Shown here one piece after another: positions 1 to 9,754 of a DNA stretch of 46,976 nt. Under the pieces are notes generated by a model that did no database searches, had not been told where the DNA came from, and was given only the letters and a program-made list of their open reading frames with translations. Positions within the stretch are counted from its first letter, which is position 1, and every line of letters starts with the position of its first letter. The stretch comes from a virus (taxonomy: Duplodnaviria; Caudoviricetes): IMG/VR virus record IMGVR_UViG_3300048854_000023, positions 1-46,976 of that record. One strand, given 5' to 3'. The translations under genes were made by a program, and so were the position numbers.

Positions 1-216
1 AAGCTGAGCCGAGCGCCCCAGGGCGCGAAGGCTGGACGGGTCAACGAAGGCCGCAGGAATGCCCGCAATCGGGTCAGGCGCCGCCGCTGGACCGGCTAGG
101 GGGTTGTTTGCGTCCGCTGGACCGACCGACACGCCCTGAAGCGCCACAAGGCGCCCAAATCGAGCGATTAGGCGCTGAGCCGTTGCCAGGGGGCGCGAAT
201 AGTCGAAGGCGCTCAT
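1..216 (-). CDS. Head-closure/head-tail joining protein, N-terminal part (truncated by window edge)
   Basis: Not in the ORF track. ATG at 216 overlaps the stop of the upstream gene (ATGA). Reads MSAFDYSRPLATAQRLIARFGR... and stays open to position 1. Lies between the adaptor and tail terminator in gene order. Confidence 0.7.
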   Translation of the reverse strand, partial: MSAFDYSRPLATAQRLIARFGRLVALQGVSVGPADANNPLAGPAAAPDPIAGIPAAFVDPSSLRALGRSAQL

Positions 217-719
217 ATGCGAACCGAGCGGAGCCGCCCGCCGCCGTCGATCAGCGAGGCTAGCAAGCCATCAACGGCGGGGAAGTCGGGTGTATTGCCC
301 GAGTTAAGCGCAATCGTCTCGGAATACTCCGTTTCAATCGGCCCGATCTTTTCGCGCTTTACGAAAGCTTCAGCGCCGGAAACTGGCAATAGAATAATGC
401 CTTGCGACGAATAGATTGCAAGCTGAGCTTGAGCGCTCTTGAGCCCTGCCGGAATATCATCATCGGGAAAATCGTATCTGCCGATTTTAACGCAATCGCG
501 CGGCCACGCCAACGCTTGGACGCCGGGCGAAACTAGCTCGCCCTTCCATCGCGCATCGTAGCGCAAAAGGTAATCCATTGCGTTGATCGCGTCGGCGTCC
601 GTAGCATCTGTATCCGGCAACGTTATTTTGCGCGCCGCCGCATAGGCGATTATCTCGGCTCGCGAATTGTAGCTGTTCGCGCCGGAAACAATCGAGCCAT
701 TTTCAACAACAAGCGCCAT
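213..719 (-). CDS. Head-tail adaptor protein (DnaT-like-annotated family)
   Basis: MALVVENGS..ANSY start, QALAWPR and KREKIGPIETEY motifs typical of siphophage adaptors; lies downstream of the capsid genes. Confidence 0.8.
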   Translation of the reverse strand: MALVVENGSIVSGANSYNSRAEIIAYAAARKITLPDTDATDADAINAMDYLLRYDARWKGELVSPGVQALAWPRDCVKIGRYDFPDDDIPAGLKSAQAQLAIYSSQGIILLPVSGAEAFVKREKIGPIETEYSETIALNSGNTPDFPAVDGLLASLIDGGGRLRSVRI

Positions 720-735
720 GATCTTTCCTCAAATA

Positions 736-776
736 AACGAATGCCCGCAATTCGGCTAGAAATCGCGGGCATTCGT
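736..776 (-). terminator. Rho-independent terminator
   Basis: ACGAATGCCCGC...GCGGGCATTCGT stem followed by TTATTT on the minus strand. Confidence 0.7.
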
Positions 777-797
777 CGCCGTCATCCCCGCTAGGGA

Positions 798-1046
798 TTA
801 GGAATTGCCGAACGGGTTTGCTCCGCCCGTTGCGCCAGCGCCGCCGCCGTTGCCGGCCTGGGCATCAGTTGCCGCCTTGCCTTTGCCGCGTTTCGGCTTG
901 CCGGTTTCGGCGTCGGTTTCGTCGTCACCTTCGACGCCTTCCCCGAGCGGATGCGTGGTTGCTTCCAGGCCGGAAGCCTTGCGAGCTTTGTCTTCGTCAG
1001 CACGGCGCTGAGCGCGTTCCGCCTGACGAGCTTCAAGAGACTTCAT
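798..1046 (-). CDS. Small head-region hypothetical protein (low complexity)
   Basis: ATG with GGAAAGGA RBS; sits in the head operon before a terminator. Confidence 0.7.
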   Translation of the reverse strand: MKSLEARQAERAQRRADEDKARKASGLEATTHPLGEGVEGDDETDAETGKPKRGKGKAATDAQAGNGGGAGATGGANPFGNS

Positions 1047-1090
1047 TGTCGTTCCTTTCCGTTGAATTGCCTACAATCTGAAAACGCGGC

Positions 1091-1687
1091 TCAGGTCGAG
1101 AGGTTGCGCCACCAAAGAGTGATAGTGCCGTTGAAAATGAGGTTGCAAGGCGTCGTCGTAACGTCATGGTCCGCGTCGTCAACCAAGACGTTAAGATAGG
1201 CGTCCAGGGCGGCGCCAGTCGTGCCGGCGCGAAGGGCGGTTGTCATGTCGCCGTTTGCGCTCGATACGCCCGCCACGCCCGCAGGCGTCGAAGTGGAAGG
1301 GATGATATTCGCTTCCGTGCCGGTAAGCGTGGCGTCCGCCGCCGCCACAACCGAACCGACAGAGAAATCCCCGTTCCATGTCGCATTCACGCCGGCTGAC
1401 GACTTGGTGATTGCGAGCGCGGAATGCGCGTTTTCGATGCTGATCACGCCGGCAGGAAAATCAAAGAATTTCAAGCCGCCGTGAGCATCAACGCCCGCGT
1501 TATCGACAAGCGGAATTGTGAAATTCGTCATTGTGATGACGGTTTTCGTCAGTCCGTCGCCGGGAGAGTTACCGGCAACCGCGCCAGCGCCAGCCGCCGC
1601 CCCGCCTGAATTCCCCGCAACGTCGCCGGCAATCACGCCGCGCAAGGCGGTATGGTCCGCCAAAGTCTTAATAAGTCGCTTCGTCAT
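1091..1687 (-). CDS. Putative capsid decoration/head fibre protein
   Basis: 198 aa, Ala/Gly/Thr-rich beta-type composition, immediately after the major capsid gene. Confidence 0.55.
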   Translation of the reverse strand: MTKRLIKTLADHTALRGVIAGDVAGNSGGAAAGAGAVAGNSPGDGLTKTVITMTNFTIPLVDNAGVDAHGGLKFFDFPAGVISIENAHSALAITKSSAGVNATWNGDFSVGSVVAAADATLTGTEANIIPSTSTPAGVAGVSSANGDMTTALRAGTTGAALDAYLNVLVDDADHDVTTTPCNLIFNGTITLWWRNLST

Positions 1688-1708
1688 AGGATCAAATCCC
1701 TGTTAGAG

Positions 1709-1741
1709 AAAAACCCCGCCGCCTTTTAGACAGCGGGGCTT
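1709..1741 (-). terminator. Rho-independent terminator after the major capsid gene
   Basis: GCCCCGCTGTC-TAAAA-GGCGGCGGGGT followed by TTTT. Confidence 0.75.
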
Positions 1742-1769
1742 ATTCCGGCTACCTCGCGAGCGCCCTAAT

Positions 1770-2804
1770 TTACGCCGCCGTCGCGCGGGACTTGATAAAG
1801 GCCATGGGGACAGCCTTGCGGAATACAACGCGATCCCATTTCGCCGCCGCGCGAAGGTTCGCCAGTGTCGGCGAAAATTCGGTAAGGGCGCCGCCGCCCG
1901 CTTCAATGAACGTGAAGCCGAACGGATGAATGAGCCAGGTCTTGCGCTCCCAAATTTCTTCGAGCCCGCCGCCGTTGCCGGCGTGAGGATCGCGCCAAAG
2001 TTCGAAAGCGACACGCGGAACACCTTCGCCGATGGCGAAAGCGGAACCGTCGAAAGTGCCGAAGGCGAAGGCGCCGCGACCGTACAGGATCGACGTATAG
2101 ACGCCGCCCGTAACCGGCATGAGATCGTCAGCGACGACGACGCGGCCTTTATAAGTGGCAATCGTCAGCGCGCCCTTGCTGTCGGGAATGTAGACGATTT
2201 CGTCATTCTTGATCATGCGTGCCATGATCTGAGAATGTACGGCAATTGCCGTGAACATGTCGGCGCGGTCGCCGGCAGTATAGGCCGCGTCAATGAACGC
2301 ATCCGAGCCGAAAACGGCATCCGTGCCGGAAAGGCCGGAAATGTCGATTGTCATATCCGAGCCGTCATTCGCGACGTTATCGGCGAGAATGCCGAGTGAC
2401 GCGTTGATAACCCGGCGCTCAAGCTGGCGCGTCCAGTAGTCGCCGAAGCGGTTGCGGATTTGCTGCATGGGCGAAGAGCCGGCAAGCTCTTGCACAAGGT
2501 CCATATCGCCGTAACCCTGGTTGAGCCATGCCTTGCGCCCGACCATCGTTCCCGACGTGACAGCGTTTGCCGTCGCCAAGTCGGACGGATCGTCGTTGGA
2601 ATAGTTGGGCTCGACGGTCGGGTCGAGATCGTTCCAGAAAGGAACGGTCGCGTTCTTGCCGCCGCTACGGGCGATCTCATCCATAACGGGCGAAGACGAG
2701 ATAATGCCCGCCGCATAGAATGCGGAGGTTTCCGGCCCGTTCAGGGCCGAATATGACGCATAAACGTCATGAACGAATGCGTCAGAAAGACGGGTAACAG
2801 CCAT
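1770..2804 (-). CDS. Major capsid protein
   Basis: 344 aa, MAVTRLSD start, VPFWNDL, ELAGSSPM and WLIHPFGF motifs; follows the scaffold gene. Confidence 0.9.
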   Translation of the reverse strand: MAVTRLSDAFVHDVYASYSALNGPETSAFYAAGIISSSPVMDEIARSGGKNATVPFWNDLDPTVEPNYSNDDPSDLATANAVTSGTMVGRKAWLNQGYGDMDLVQELAGSSPMQQIRNRFGDYWTRQLERRVINASLGILADNVANDGSDMTIDISGLSGTDAVFGSDAFIDAAYTAGDRADMFTAIAVHSQIMARMIKNDEIVYIPDSKGALTIATYKGRVVVADDLMPVTGGVYTSILYGRGAFAFGTFDGSAFAIGEGVPRVAFELWRDPHAGNGGGLEEIWERKTWLIHPFGFTFIEAGGGALTEFSPTLANLRAAAKWDRVVFRKAVPMAFIKSRATAA

Positions 2805-2821
2805 TGGGGCTTGCTCGCTTG

Positions 2822-3556
2822 TTAGTGAGCCGCCGCCTGTGCCGCCAATCGCAATTCATTGAAGCGAGTTGGATTTTCGCGGTGCAAGGCTACGCGCTCA
2901 GTTTCGGTAAGGTCGGAGAATTTCTTGCCATCGGCACCGCCGCCCGAACCGCCTCCGCCACCAGCACCGCCGCCCGAAGCATTCGAAGCCTTGATAATAG
3001 CTTTGAAAGCAGCGTTGTCAACAAGCTCTTTCTTCAAATCGTCCATAGTTTTGGCCGAAACCTCACCCTTGTCGTCAAGTACGCGGGTAATCGGCTTGTC
3101 GCCGTCCAATTCGGCCCGCAACCGCTTCTGAATATGCGGGAGAATAAGCGTCGGCGACGTGCTGATTTCATTCGCCAACTCAAGCGCCTTGTTCTCGACA
3201 AGCAATTCCCGCAACTGAGTTTCGCGCTTTTCGGTCTTGGCTTTCTCAGCCGCGACGGCGGTTTCCTTTTCCGTCTTATAGGACGCTTCCAGGGTTGCAA
3301 CGTCCTTTTCCTTCAGCGCCTTCAGGCGCTCAGCTTCGACGCGGGCCGCGTCCGCCGTATCCTTTTCGGCCTGAAGCCTGTCTGCCCGCTCTTTTTCCAG
3401 GCGCCGGGCTTCGCTTTCGCGATCCTTAGCCGCGCGAAGTTCGTTCGCGTCGTCGCTGTCCAGAAGATACGAGCCGTCTTTTTCCTTGTATTCGGCTTTC
3501 AACACGTCGTTGAGCGCGTCGAATTCGGCTTTCGTGATCTTTGATTTCAGGGCCAT
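2822..3556 (-). CDS. Capsid scaffolding protein
   Basis: Charged coiled-coil with a Gly-rich linker (ASGGGAGGGG) and short C-terminal helix; between minor head and capsid genes. Confidence 0.8.
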   Translation of the reverse strand: MALKSKITKAEFDALNDVLKAEYKEKDGSYLLDSDDANELRAAKDRESEARRLEKERADRLQAEKDTADAARVEAERLKALKEKDVATLEASYKTEKETAVAAEKAKTEKRETQLRELLVENKALELANEISTSPTLILPHIQKRLRAELDGDKPITRVLDDKGEVSAKTMDDLKKELVDNAAFKAIIKASNASGGGAGGGGGSGGGADGKKFSDLTETERVALHRENPTRFNELRLAAQAAAH

Positions 3557-3568
3557 TTTGAGAGGTTC

Positions 3569-4561
3569 CTATCGCGGGGTTAACAACTGTTCACGTTTAG
3601 CTTTGAACTGATCAAGCGTCAATGGCGACATTTGATTAAAAGACGGGATTTCATCGGCTTTAACCTTGCCGGCACGCAATGCGGCGCCCTGTCTCGGGCC
3701 TAAAACCTCATCCTGAATAGTCGCCGGCTGAGCACCCAACCATGCATAGAATGTAGGCATATCCTTGATAGCTGAGACAATAACCGGGATCGTAAAAGAG
3801 CGGCAATTATAATGAGCCGGGGGAATAGGCCCGTCGCCGTAAACGTAAATATGTCCGTCACGGTCGCGGCAAATCTGAGTGGTAACGCCGTCCAGAATAG
3901 AACACCATTGATAGGTGCTATGAAGAGCGCCGCCGATGCTACCAGCAATGAAATTCGTCATTTGCTGGATATAGGTTTGAATAGTCGTTGAAAGCTGACT
4001 TTCAAACTTGTTAATCAATCCGTCCCGAAACTTCAATTCCTTTGTTCCGGTAATCGATTTGATAACATCAACCATACTCAAGTTATCGGTATAACCGATC
4101 TTGAGCGCGGAATTCATCTTGGTTTGGATCGAATTGGAAAAGACCTTGAAAAGATTGTTCGGCTCAACGCCGATACCTGACGCCGGTTGCTTGAGCATCT
4201 TTGCCCACAAGCTATCAACGGTCGCGCCCTTGAACGATGATCCGCCCAACTGTTTAAACAGGTATTTGGTTTCGCCGAAGTCTGCCTTGAAGAATTTCTT
4301 AAACTCGGCAAGCTGAGCGGTTTCATACTTCCCGAATATGTCGGCGTAATCAGCCTTGAAATCACGCAAGAATTGATTGAAGTCGCGCTTATTGAGATCG
4401 CTAATCTTGTCCTTTCCCATACGGACAAGACGAGCCGAGAGCCTGAGCTTCAACTCATTGACGACGCGCAAACTTTGCTGAACGTTGTAATTCTTGTAAC
4501 GCTCAACGTTTATTTGATGCCGTAAAAAGGCGTCAAGCGCCGAAGTTGTTGGGATTGGCAT
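3569..4561 (-). CDS. Minor head morphogenesis protein (MuF/SPP1 gp7 family)
   Basis: WCSILDGVTTQICRDRDG and PPAHYNCRS motifs; follows the portal gene. Confidence 0.88.
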   Translation of the reverse strand: MPIPTTSALDAFLRHQINVERYKNYNVQQSLRVVNELKLRLSARLVRMGKDKISDLNKRDFNQFLRDFKADYADIFGKYETAQLAEFKKFFKADFGETKYLFKQLGGSSFKGATVDSLWAKMLKQPASGIGVEPNNLFKVFSNSIQTKMNSALKIGYTDNLSMVDVIKSITGTKELKFRDGLINKFESQLSTTIQTYIQQMTNFIAGSIGGALHSTYQWCSILDGVTTQICRDRDGHIYVYGDGPIPPAHYNCRSFTIPVIVSAIKDMPTFYAWLGAQPATIQDEVLGPRQGAALRAGKVKADEIPSFNQMSPLTLDQFKAKREQLLTPR

Positions 4562-6113
4562 TTATTGGATTTCCAGCCGCGTCAAGTCCAGCGGCCATAT
4601 TGTTAGCCGTGTCTTCCTGCATTTGTTTTGCGATTTCAGCCTTAGCCGCCTTGTCGTCCTGGGTAGCGTAACCAGTACGGCGCAATTTGGCGCGCATTTC
4701 GGTCCAGGAGATCGCATCGGCTTGCCACGTCTTGATTGCGGTATTGATATCTTCCGGCGATGCATCGGCGAGCGCGAATTCGGTGTTAAGCTCGAACTGA
4801 ATTCCGCTTTGGACGTTTTGAGCGGCATCGGCGGCAACTGTCGTCGCGCCAACGAACAGCGCGCAAACCTCAAGCGCGAATTTGTAAGCGTCGGAAACGT
4901 TCTTTGTGATCGTCGCCAGTACGCTAACTTCGCTACTTTCTTCGATGCCGGCTTCTGTCGCGGTTCGCTGAACGGTCTTTTGCTCTACCAGCTTCGCCCC
5001 GAGCGCGACCATCTGGCGTTCCTTTTGGTCCATAGCCTCTTTGACGAGCCCGTTTTCAGGAGCGCCGACGATCTCGAAAGCCGCGCCGGCTGGTAACGGA
5101 ATTGTTGCGCGAGAACCTAGTTCAAGTCTTCCCTCTAATACCTCATCAACCCATTGTTGAGTGACGCCAATAATAACCGGCGTGGGTTGACCAACCATAT
5201 AAACGCTATCCTCATAATCCGCCGAATTGCGGTAATGAGCGATGTTGATTGACGCCAGAGAATACATTGGCGGCTTGTCAATCTTGGCGTCGTTGCGTTT
5301 CGCGCCGACGAACGTAAAGGGAATGTAAGTAAGGGCGTTACCTTTGGCATCTTTCGGCTGAACTGTTGACTGCGGATCAAGTGAAATGCCCGTTCCGTCA
5401 AGTCCAGGCGTCCAAGTTTCTTGCCAATATGTGCCGTCATCCTTGAGCCGTAACACACGATATTGATAACCATGCGCAACGCCGAATTCGCCGTTAGGAG
5501 TTTCGTGTCGTTCGCGCAAAACGACAAGCGTCAATGCAACCTTGCTCCCGCGTTTTTGCGTCCGCCAATTGACGATATTCCAAGGTTTGTAATGATTGAT
5601 AGTCGGGCGAATACTCCCGTCTTCCAAATCCTGAACTGTTGTCGCTGAGCCATCGGTTCGCGGATAATCAACGAACAAGCCGGCGCGGCCATACGACAAT
5701 ACGTCGCCTTCGGTTTCTTGGGCAAGTTGAACAAGCGGGACGCCGGAACCGTCCGCGTCTTTAACAACCGCGTTCAATTGCGGCGGGACTTCAACAGTTG
5801 GATCGACGTTGAAAACTTCGCCAATCAAGCCGGATAGCGTCCGCTCAGTCACGTTGTAAAATACAGCGCGGACTTTATAGCCGGAATATCTTTCGATGTT
5901 TTCGGTTGATTGATCGTGAGCATTTGGCATCGGCAAATAGACCGCGCCTTGCGCTTTAACTCGCTGTTCCCCTTCAATGCAATCATGTATTAGAGTGTAT
6001 TGCGAAAACATCGCGGCAAGATCGCTCCTGACCAAATCGACATTTCCGCTATCAGTTATCGCGGTAACTGACGAACCGGGAAATATATTTGAAACGAGTT
6101 GGTCAAAAGCCAT
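4533..6113 (-). CDS. Portal protein (DUF4055-type)
   Basis: YLPMP, RAVFYNVT, NIAHYRNSADYE and TATEA motifs; follows the terminase. Confidence 0.88.
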   Translation of the reverse strand: MAFDQLVSNIFPGSSVTAITDSGNVDLVRSDLAAMFSQYTLIHDCIEGEQRVKAQGAVYLPMPNAHDQSTENIERYSGYKVRAVFYNVTERTLSGLIGEVFNVDPTVEVPPQLNAVVKDADGSGVPLVQLAQETEGDVLSYGRAGLFVDYPRTDGSATTVQDLEDGSIRPTINHYKPWNIVNWRTQKRGSKVALTLVVLRERHETPNGEFGVAHGYQYRVLRLKDDGTYWQETWTPGLDGTGISLDPQSTVQPKDAKGNALTYIPFTFVGAKRNDAKIDKPPMYSLASINIAHYRNSADYEDSVYMVGQPTPVIIGVTQQWVDEVLEGRLELGSRATIPLPAGAAFEIVGAPENGLVKEAMDQKERQMVALGAKLVEQKTVQRTATEAGIEESSEVSVLATITKNVSDAYKFALEVCALFVGATTVAADAAQNVQSGIQFELNTEFALADASPEDINTAIKTWQADAISWTEMRAKLRRTGYATQDDKAAKAEIAKQMQEDTANNMAAGLDAAGNPINANPNNFGA

Positions 6114-6118
6114 TTGTT

Positions 6119-7723
6119 TTACCTTGGAAAGTTGACCCTGATAACGGTCGCGGTTCGGCTGTTACCCTTCAATACCCGGTAACGGGTCATATCATACGGA
6201 TGATCTTCCGCGCTAGTGTCAACGTCGTCAATTTTCTCTTTGTCTCGCGGCAAGACGGGAATGGTTGAAATGCTGCCCACACAATGAGCCATGAACGCGA
6301 GCCCAGGCCCTTCGCCGCTTGTCAGGTTTTCGAAACGGTCGCGCATTAGCTGCATACCGACTTTCCGCGAGCCGGGAGATTTATCGGAACGCTCCCAATT
6401 CACTTTGTTATCTGACATGATTTTTTCGATAGTGTCGGAATTGACTTCATGAACATCACTGATTTGATTGTCGGCGGGACCGGCGTAAATCTTTCCCGTT
6501 ACCCAACCGCCCGCAATCAACTCGGCTTCATAAGCCTTGATTTTAGTCGCGACTTCCTTAGCCCCGAGCTTCAGGCCCTTGTTAGAGCCGATATCATTCG
6601 TCCCGTAAATCTCGCCAATCTGAATTAACGTACCGGGGGCCGGCGCCCATTTCCGGCCATCTTCAAGAGTTGCTTCCTCGCCGTTTGCTTCCGCCCACCA
6701 ACCAACACTGAACGGATGAGACGAACCCCAATCCATTGACCTATCGACGGTCCAACCTTTCGGGATTTTGAAGCGCGGCACGACGTGAACGGCTTTCCGG
6801 TAAACGTCATCGAATGCGCCGCCCGCGACAATATCCCAATCCCCGTCATCCCAAGCTTTACGTTCATTCTCGTTTGACGTGTTCTTAATGCCGGCGAGAT
6901 AGACAGTATCAAGATTAGGGTTTTCGCTATGGCGCCCAAAGATCGCAACTTGTGTGCGATTAACGTCAACCTCTTGCTTCGTCTTCGGATCAAAAACCGT
7001 CGTCGTCTTGGTAATGATTTTCCCGTAAGGCGCAACGTCGATAAACCGGCGCTTAACCCAATTGTGTCCAGGCCCGAGCGGATTGCATGTCGAGAATGTT
7101 TCAAGCGGAATTGGCGGCAACGGACGCCCATCCTTTGTCTCGTAATCGCCTTTCTGAAACGGACGCCCTTCATAGTGTCCGTTGGGATGCTGAGCGTTCC
7201 ACTCGGCTATATAGTTGTCGCCGTCTAATACCGGCGTGTTTTTGATTGAATCAAAACCGGTACGATTAACGCTCATCATTTTTTCGTAAAGATCAGGCGT
7301 GGCGTACTTGGTTAGCTCATTCCAACCGACGTAAGGATACTCATGACCATGATAAGACCAATAGTCGTCAAGCCGGTTAACCTGACGAAATAGCAATTCT
7401 TCGCCAGTCGGCCAAACCCATTTGTAATCTGAGTTAGAGGAAAGGAAACGGGCGCCGTCCTTAAGCGGGAAAAACCAGCGCTTTGACTTGGTAACCAAGT
7501 CGTCAAGCATCTTATATTCTTTGTCGAAGATGATCCCGCGCCAGAATGTGCCGTAACCGATACCAACACGAGCGCGGAAGCGCATCAACTGAGCGTCGGT
7601 CTTTCCAGGCCCGCGCGTCCCGCAATAAAGCAAGTCGTTGACTTGGATTTTCAGCGCGAACGATTGGCTCCCCGGATGAGGCGCCCATACAACGTTGAAT
7701 TCCGCTTGATTAGGAACGATCAT
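6119..7723 (-). CDS. terL: Terminase large subunit
   Basis: Walker A GTRGPGKT, WNELT Walker B, TCNPLGPGHNWVK, nuclease DWG and EDHPYDMTRY motifs. Confidence 0.93.
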   Translation of the reverse strand: MIVPNQAEFNVVWAPHPGSQSFALKIQVNDLLYCGTRGPGKTDAQLMRFRARVGIGYGTFWRGIIFDKEYKMLDDLVTKSKRWFFPLKDGARFLSSNSDYKWVWPTGEELLFRQVNRLDDYWSYHGHEYPYVGWNELTKYATPDLYEKMMSVNRTGFDSIKNTPVLDGDNYIAEWNAQHPNGHYEGRPFQKGDYETKDGRPLPPIPLETFSTCNPLGPGHNWVKRRFIDVAPYGKIITKTTTVFDPKTKQEVDVNRTQVAIFGRHSENPNLDTVYLAGIKNTSNENERKAWDDGDWDIVAGGAFDDVYRKAVHVVPRFKIPKGWTVDRSMDWGSSHPFSVGWWAEANGEEATLEDGRKWAPAPGTLIQIGEIYGTNDIGSNKGLKLGAKEVATKIKAYEAELIAGGWVTGKIYAGPADNQISDVHEVNSDTIEKIMSDNKVNWERSDKSPGSRKVGMQLMRDRFENLTSGEGPGLAFMAHCVGSISTIPVLPRDKEKIDDVDTSAEDHPYDMTRYRVLKGNSRTATVIRVNFPR

Positions 7724-8210
7724 TTGCAGTCAACTTGCGCTGATATTCCATAAGCTCAGCTTCAAGCGATTGACCGTCTTGCGGAGTTGGCATCAAGATA
7801 ACATTGTTCTTGACATTGTTCAGCGTGTTGTTTGTCGTCACGCTGACAGCGGCGGGTTTCTCAACATAACCCATTACGCCCGCGAAGAGCTTCAGGAAGT
7901 CGAGTTTCGTTTCTTTGTCCCGGCACTCGTTAGCCTCTCTTATCAGGCTTGCCGCAAATTCATCCTTCGTCGGGATCGTCGCCTTAGCCGCGCCAATGTG
8001 ATCCACAAGCTCGAGCATGTACGCATGAACCTGGGCGTCATACTGCCAATGCTGAAGGATATAGGAGACGTGAGACGAACGCGGCTCAACCGCAAACGCG
8101 GCCCGCTCGGGATGCATCGGATCGCGCATAAGCGCCTGAGCGAAAGCGCGCTTTTTCGCTTCCACTTCAGCGGGCGGGTAATACTCGATTTCGTCGGCGC
8201 CAAACATCAC
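7710..8210 (-). CDS. terS: Terminase small subunit (putative)
   Basis: Helical 166 aa protein overlapping the terL start. Confidence 0.65.
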   Translation of the reverse strand: MMFGADEIEYYPPAEVEAKKRAFAQALMRDPMHPERAAFAVEPRSSHVSYILQHWQYDAQVHAYMLELVDHIGAAKATIPTKDEFAASLIREANECRDKETKLDFLKLFAGVMGYVEKPAAVSVTTNNTLNNVKNNVILMPTPQDGQSLEAELMEYQRKLTANDRS

Positions 8211-8491
8211 TTATGTTTAACAGCGGCGGCATTCCTTTTCAAGAGCGTCGTATTCCACGCTTGAAGGCCGGTTATCTGAGTGGCGCAAGTCGAAAGCGCG
8301 CCCTTCAGTGCCGTATTTTCGTTGATGATATCGCCGGTATTGTTCCAGGGAACGTAAACTTGTGGGCAAGTCTTCAAGAGCGATTGCGGCGCCAACTCGT
8401 ACTGAATATGCGTTTCCGTGACGACTTTAGGGACGGTTGTGCAACCGCTTAACGCTGTCAGGAATAGGGCGCTGAGCAAAAGCCTTCGCAT
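8207..8491 (-). CDS. o-spanin (Rz1-like lipoprotein)
   Basis: MRRLLLSALFLTALSGC lipobox; overlaps the 3' end of the i-spanin; start re-assigned to 8491. Confidence 0.8.
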   Translation of the reverse strand: MRRLLLSALFLTALSGCTTVPKVVTETHIQYELAPQSLLKTCPQVYVPWNNTGDIINENTALKGALSTCATQITGLQAWNTTLLKRNAAAVKHK

Positions 8492-8798
8492 CGGGATCGC
8501 TTCCATAAAGGTTGTTGAAAGCGGCGTTGGAATTAATCACGGTTTGATTGATTGCCGCGATATCGTCGCTCAGCTTGGATACGATAGCGTCTTTCGCCTT
8601 CGCGATCTCCGCTTGATCGTCAATCGTTTTCTGTTGTTGCTTGTTCGTTGCAATTGCGCCGTCAAGCTGTACTTGAGTGAGCGCCAGCGCGGAATGAGCC
8701 TGAGCGCCATCGTAGCGATAATAGAAGATCGCGGCGACACAAAGCGCAATGATGACGTAAGGCGCTACCCACAACCAAGCTTTGACGGTCGCGAGCAT
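8427..8798 (-). CDS. i-spanin (Rz-like)
   Basis: N-terminal TM segment followed by a coiled coil; overlaps the lipoprotein gene. Confidence 0.8.
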   Translation of the reverse strand: MLATVKAWLWVAPYVIIALCVAAIFYYRYDGAQAHSALALTQVQLDGAIATNKQQQKTIDDQAEIAKAKDAIVSKLSDDIAAINQTVINSNAAFNNLYGSDPDAKAFAQRPIPDSVKRLHNRP

Positions 8799-9281
8799 TT
8801 AAAGCCCCTGATAAATGACGACGCCGACGCCGACTAGCGTTCCGACGATCAGCCCGAGCCAAAGGAATTTCCTATCAGCGCCGTAAAAGAGCCCGTCGCC
8901 GTAGTCGGGCGCCGTCACCTGAAATACCGCGACAACAGTTGCAAGGTATCTCGCGAACAACGACGCAACAAAATAGCTTACCGGGAAATTGCCGGAATTG
9001 GTATATATCGAAGTCGTGATAAATAGACTTATAACAACCCATTGTCCGCCGATGGTTAATGTCATCTGACGAACGCGGTTGAAATCGTCAGGATTAAACC
9101 ACGCATCCCAAAGTAGTTTATAGTAAGTAACGCCTATCGCCGTCATGGCGCCGGCGAACAGTCCGTTAAGTAGAACGCTCAGGGTTTGGGGAGGAAACGT
9201 AAAGTACAGGCCGGCAAAGCTAACCAAGATGGCTAGCATAATCGAGAGAACGACATTATTGGTTAGGCTTTTTCCGCGCAT
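8799..9281 (-). CDS. Multi-pass membrane protein in the lysis cassette
   Basis: 160 aa with about 5 hydrophobic segments. Confidence 0.7.
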   Translation of the reverse strand: MRGKSLTNNVVLSIMLAILVSFAGLYFTFPPQTLSVLLNGLFAGAMTAIGVTYYKLLWDAWFNPDDFNRVRQMTLTIGGQWVVISLFITTSIYTNSGNFPVSYFVASLFARYLATVVAVFQVTAPDYGDGLFYGADRKFLWLGLIVGTLVGVGVVIYQGL

Positions 9282-9480
9282 TTCTTTCCCGCCTTTTGGT
9301 TACGCGATCCTGTTCCCTCATTAGATCGCGTATCGTATCAGTAAGCTTGTTGCCGGCTTTCTCAGCGTGAGCGGTTGCCGCTTCCAAATCCTCGCGCGCC
9401 GATACAATAGTTTCGATGACGGCGCGGCGTGTTCCGTCTTCTATCTTACCGGCTCGCATAATGGAAGAGAAAAAACCCAT
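9256..9480 (-). CDS. Small lysis-cassette protein (74 aa)
   Basis: ATG at 9480 just after the holin-like stop (MGFFSSIMRAG...); helical with a basic C-terminus. Confidence 0.55.
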   Translation of the reverse strand: MGFFSSIMRAGKIEDGTRRAVIETIVSAREDLEAATAHAEKAGNKLTDTIRDLMREQDRVTKRRERNARKKPNQ

Positions 9481-9484
9481 GATC

Positions 9485-9748
9485 TTACTCGGCCTTAGCA
9501 CGAGAAATAAGCATATCGCGAAGGCTATTAACGATGGCAGTATTGCCGTTAATGGCGTTTGTAGCACCGACCATTGCAGTTGCATTTTCACCGGCCATTT
9601 TGATTAGCGTATCTTGCAATTGCTCAACCCGCTCGTCTTTCTTTTTATAGGCATAGCCAAGAACGATAAGGCAAACGCCCGGCAAACCGAAGCTCAATAA
9701 GTACGTGACTATCGCCCCTACGGCGTCTGTCGGCGCGCTTCCCCCCAT
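9485..9748 (-). CDS. Holin-like membrane protein
   Basis: N-terminal hydrophobic segment(s) and a coiled-coil tail; directly after the endolysin. Confidence 0.6.
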   Translation of the reverse strand: MGGSAPTDAVGAIVTYLLSFGLPGVCLIVLGYAYKKKDERVEQLQDTLIKMAGENATAMVGATNAINGNTAIVNSLRDMLISRAKAE

Positions 9749-9754
9749 GCGATA

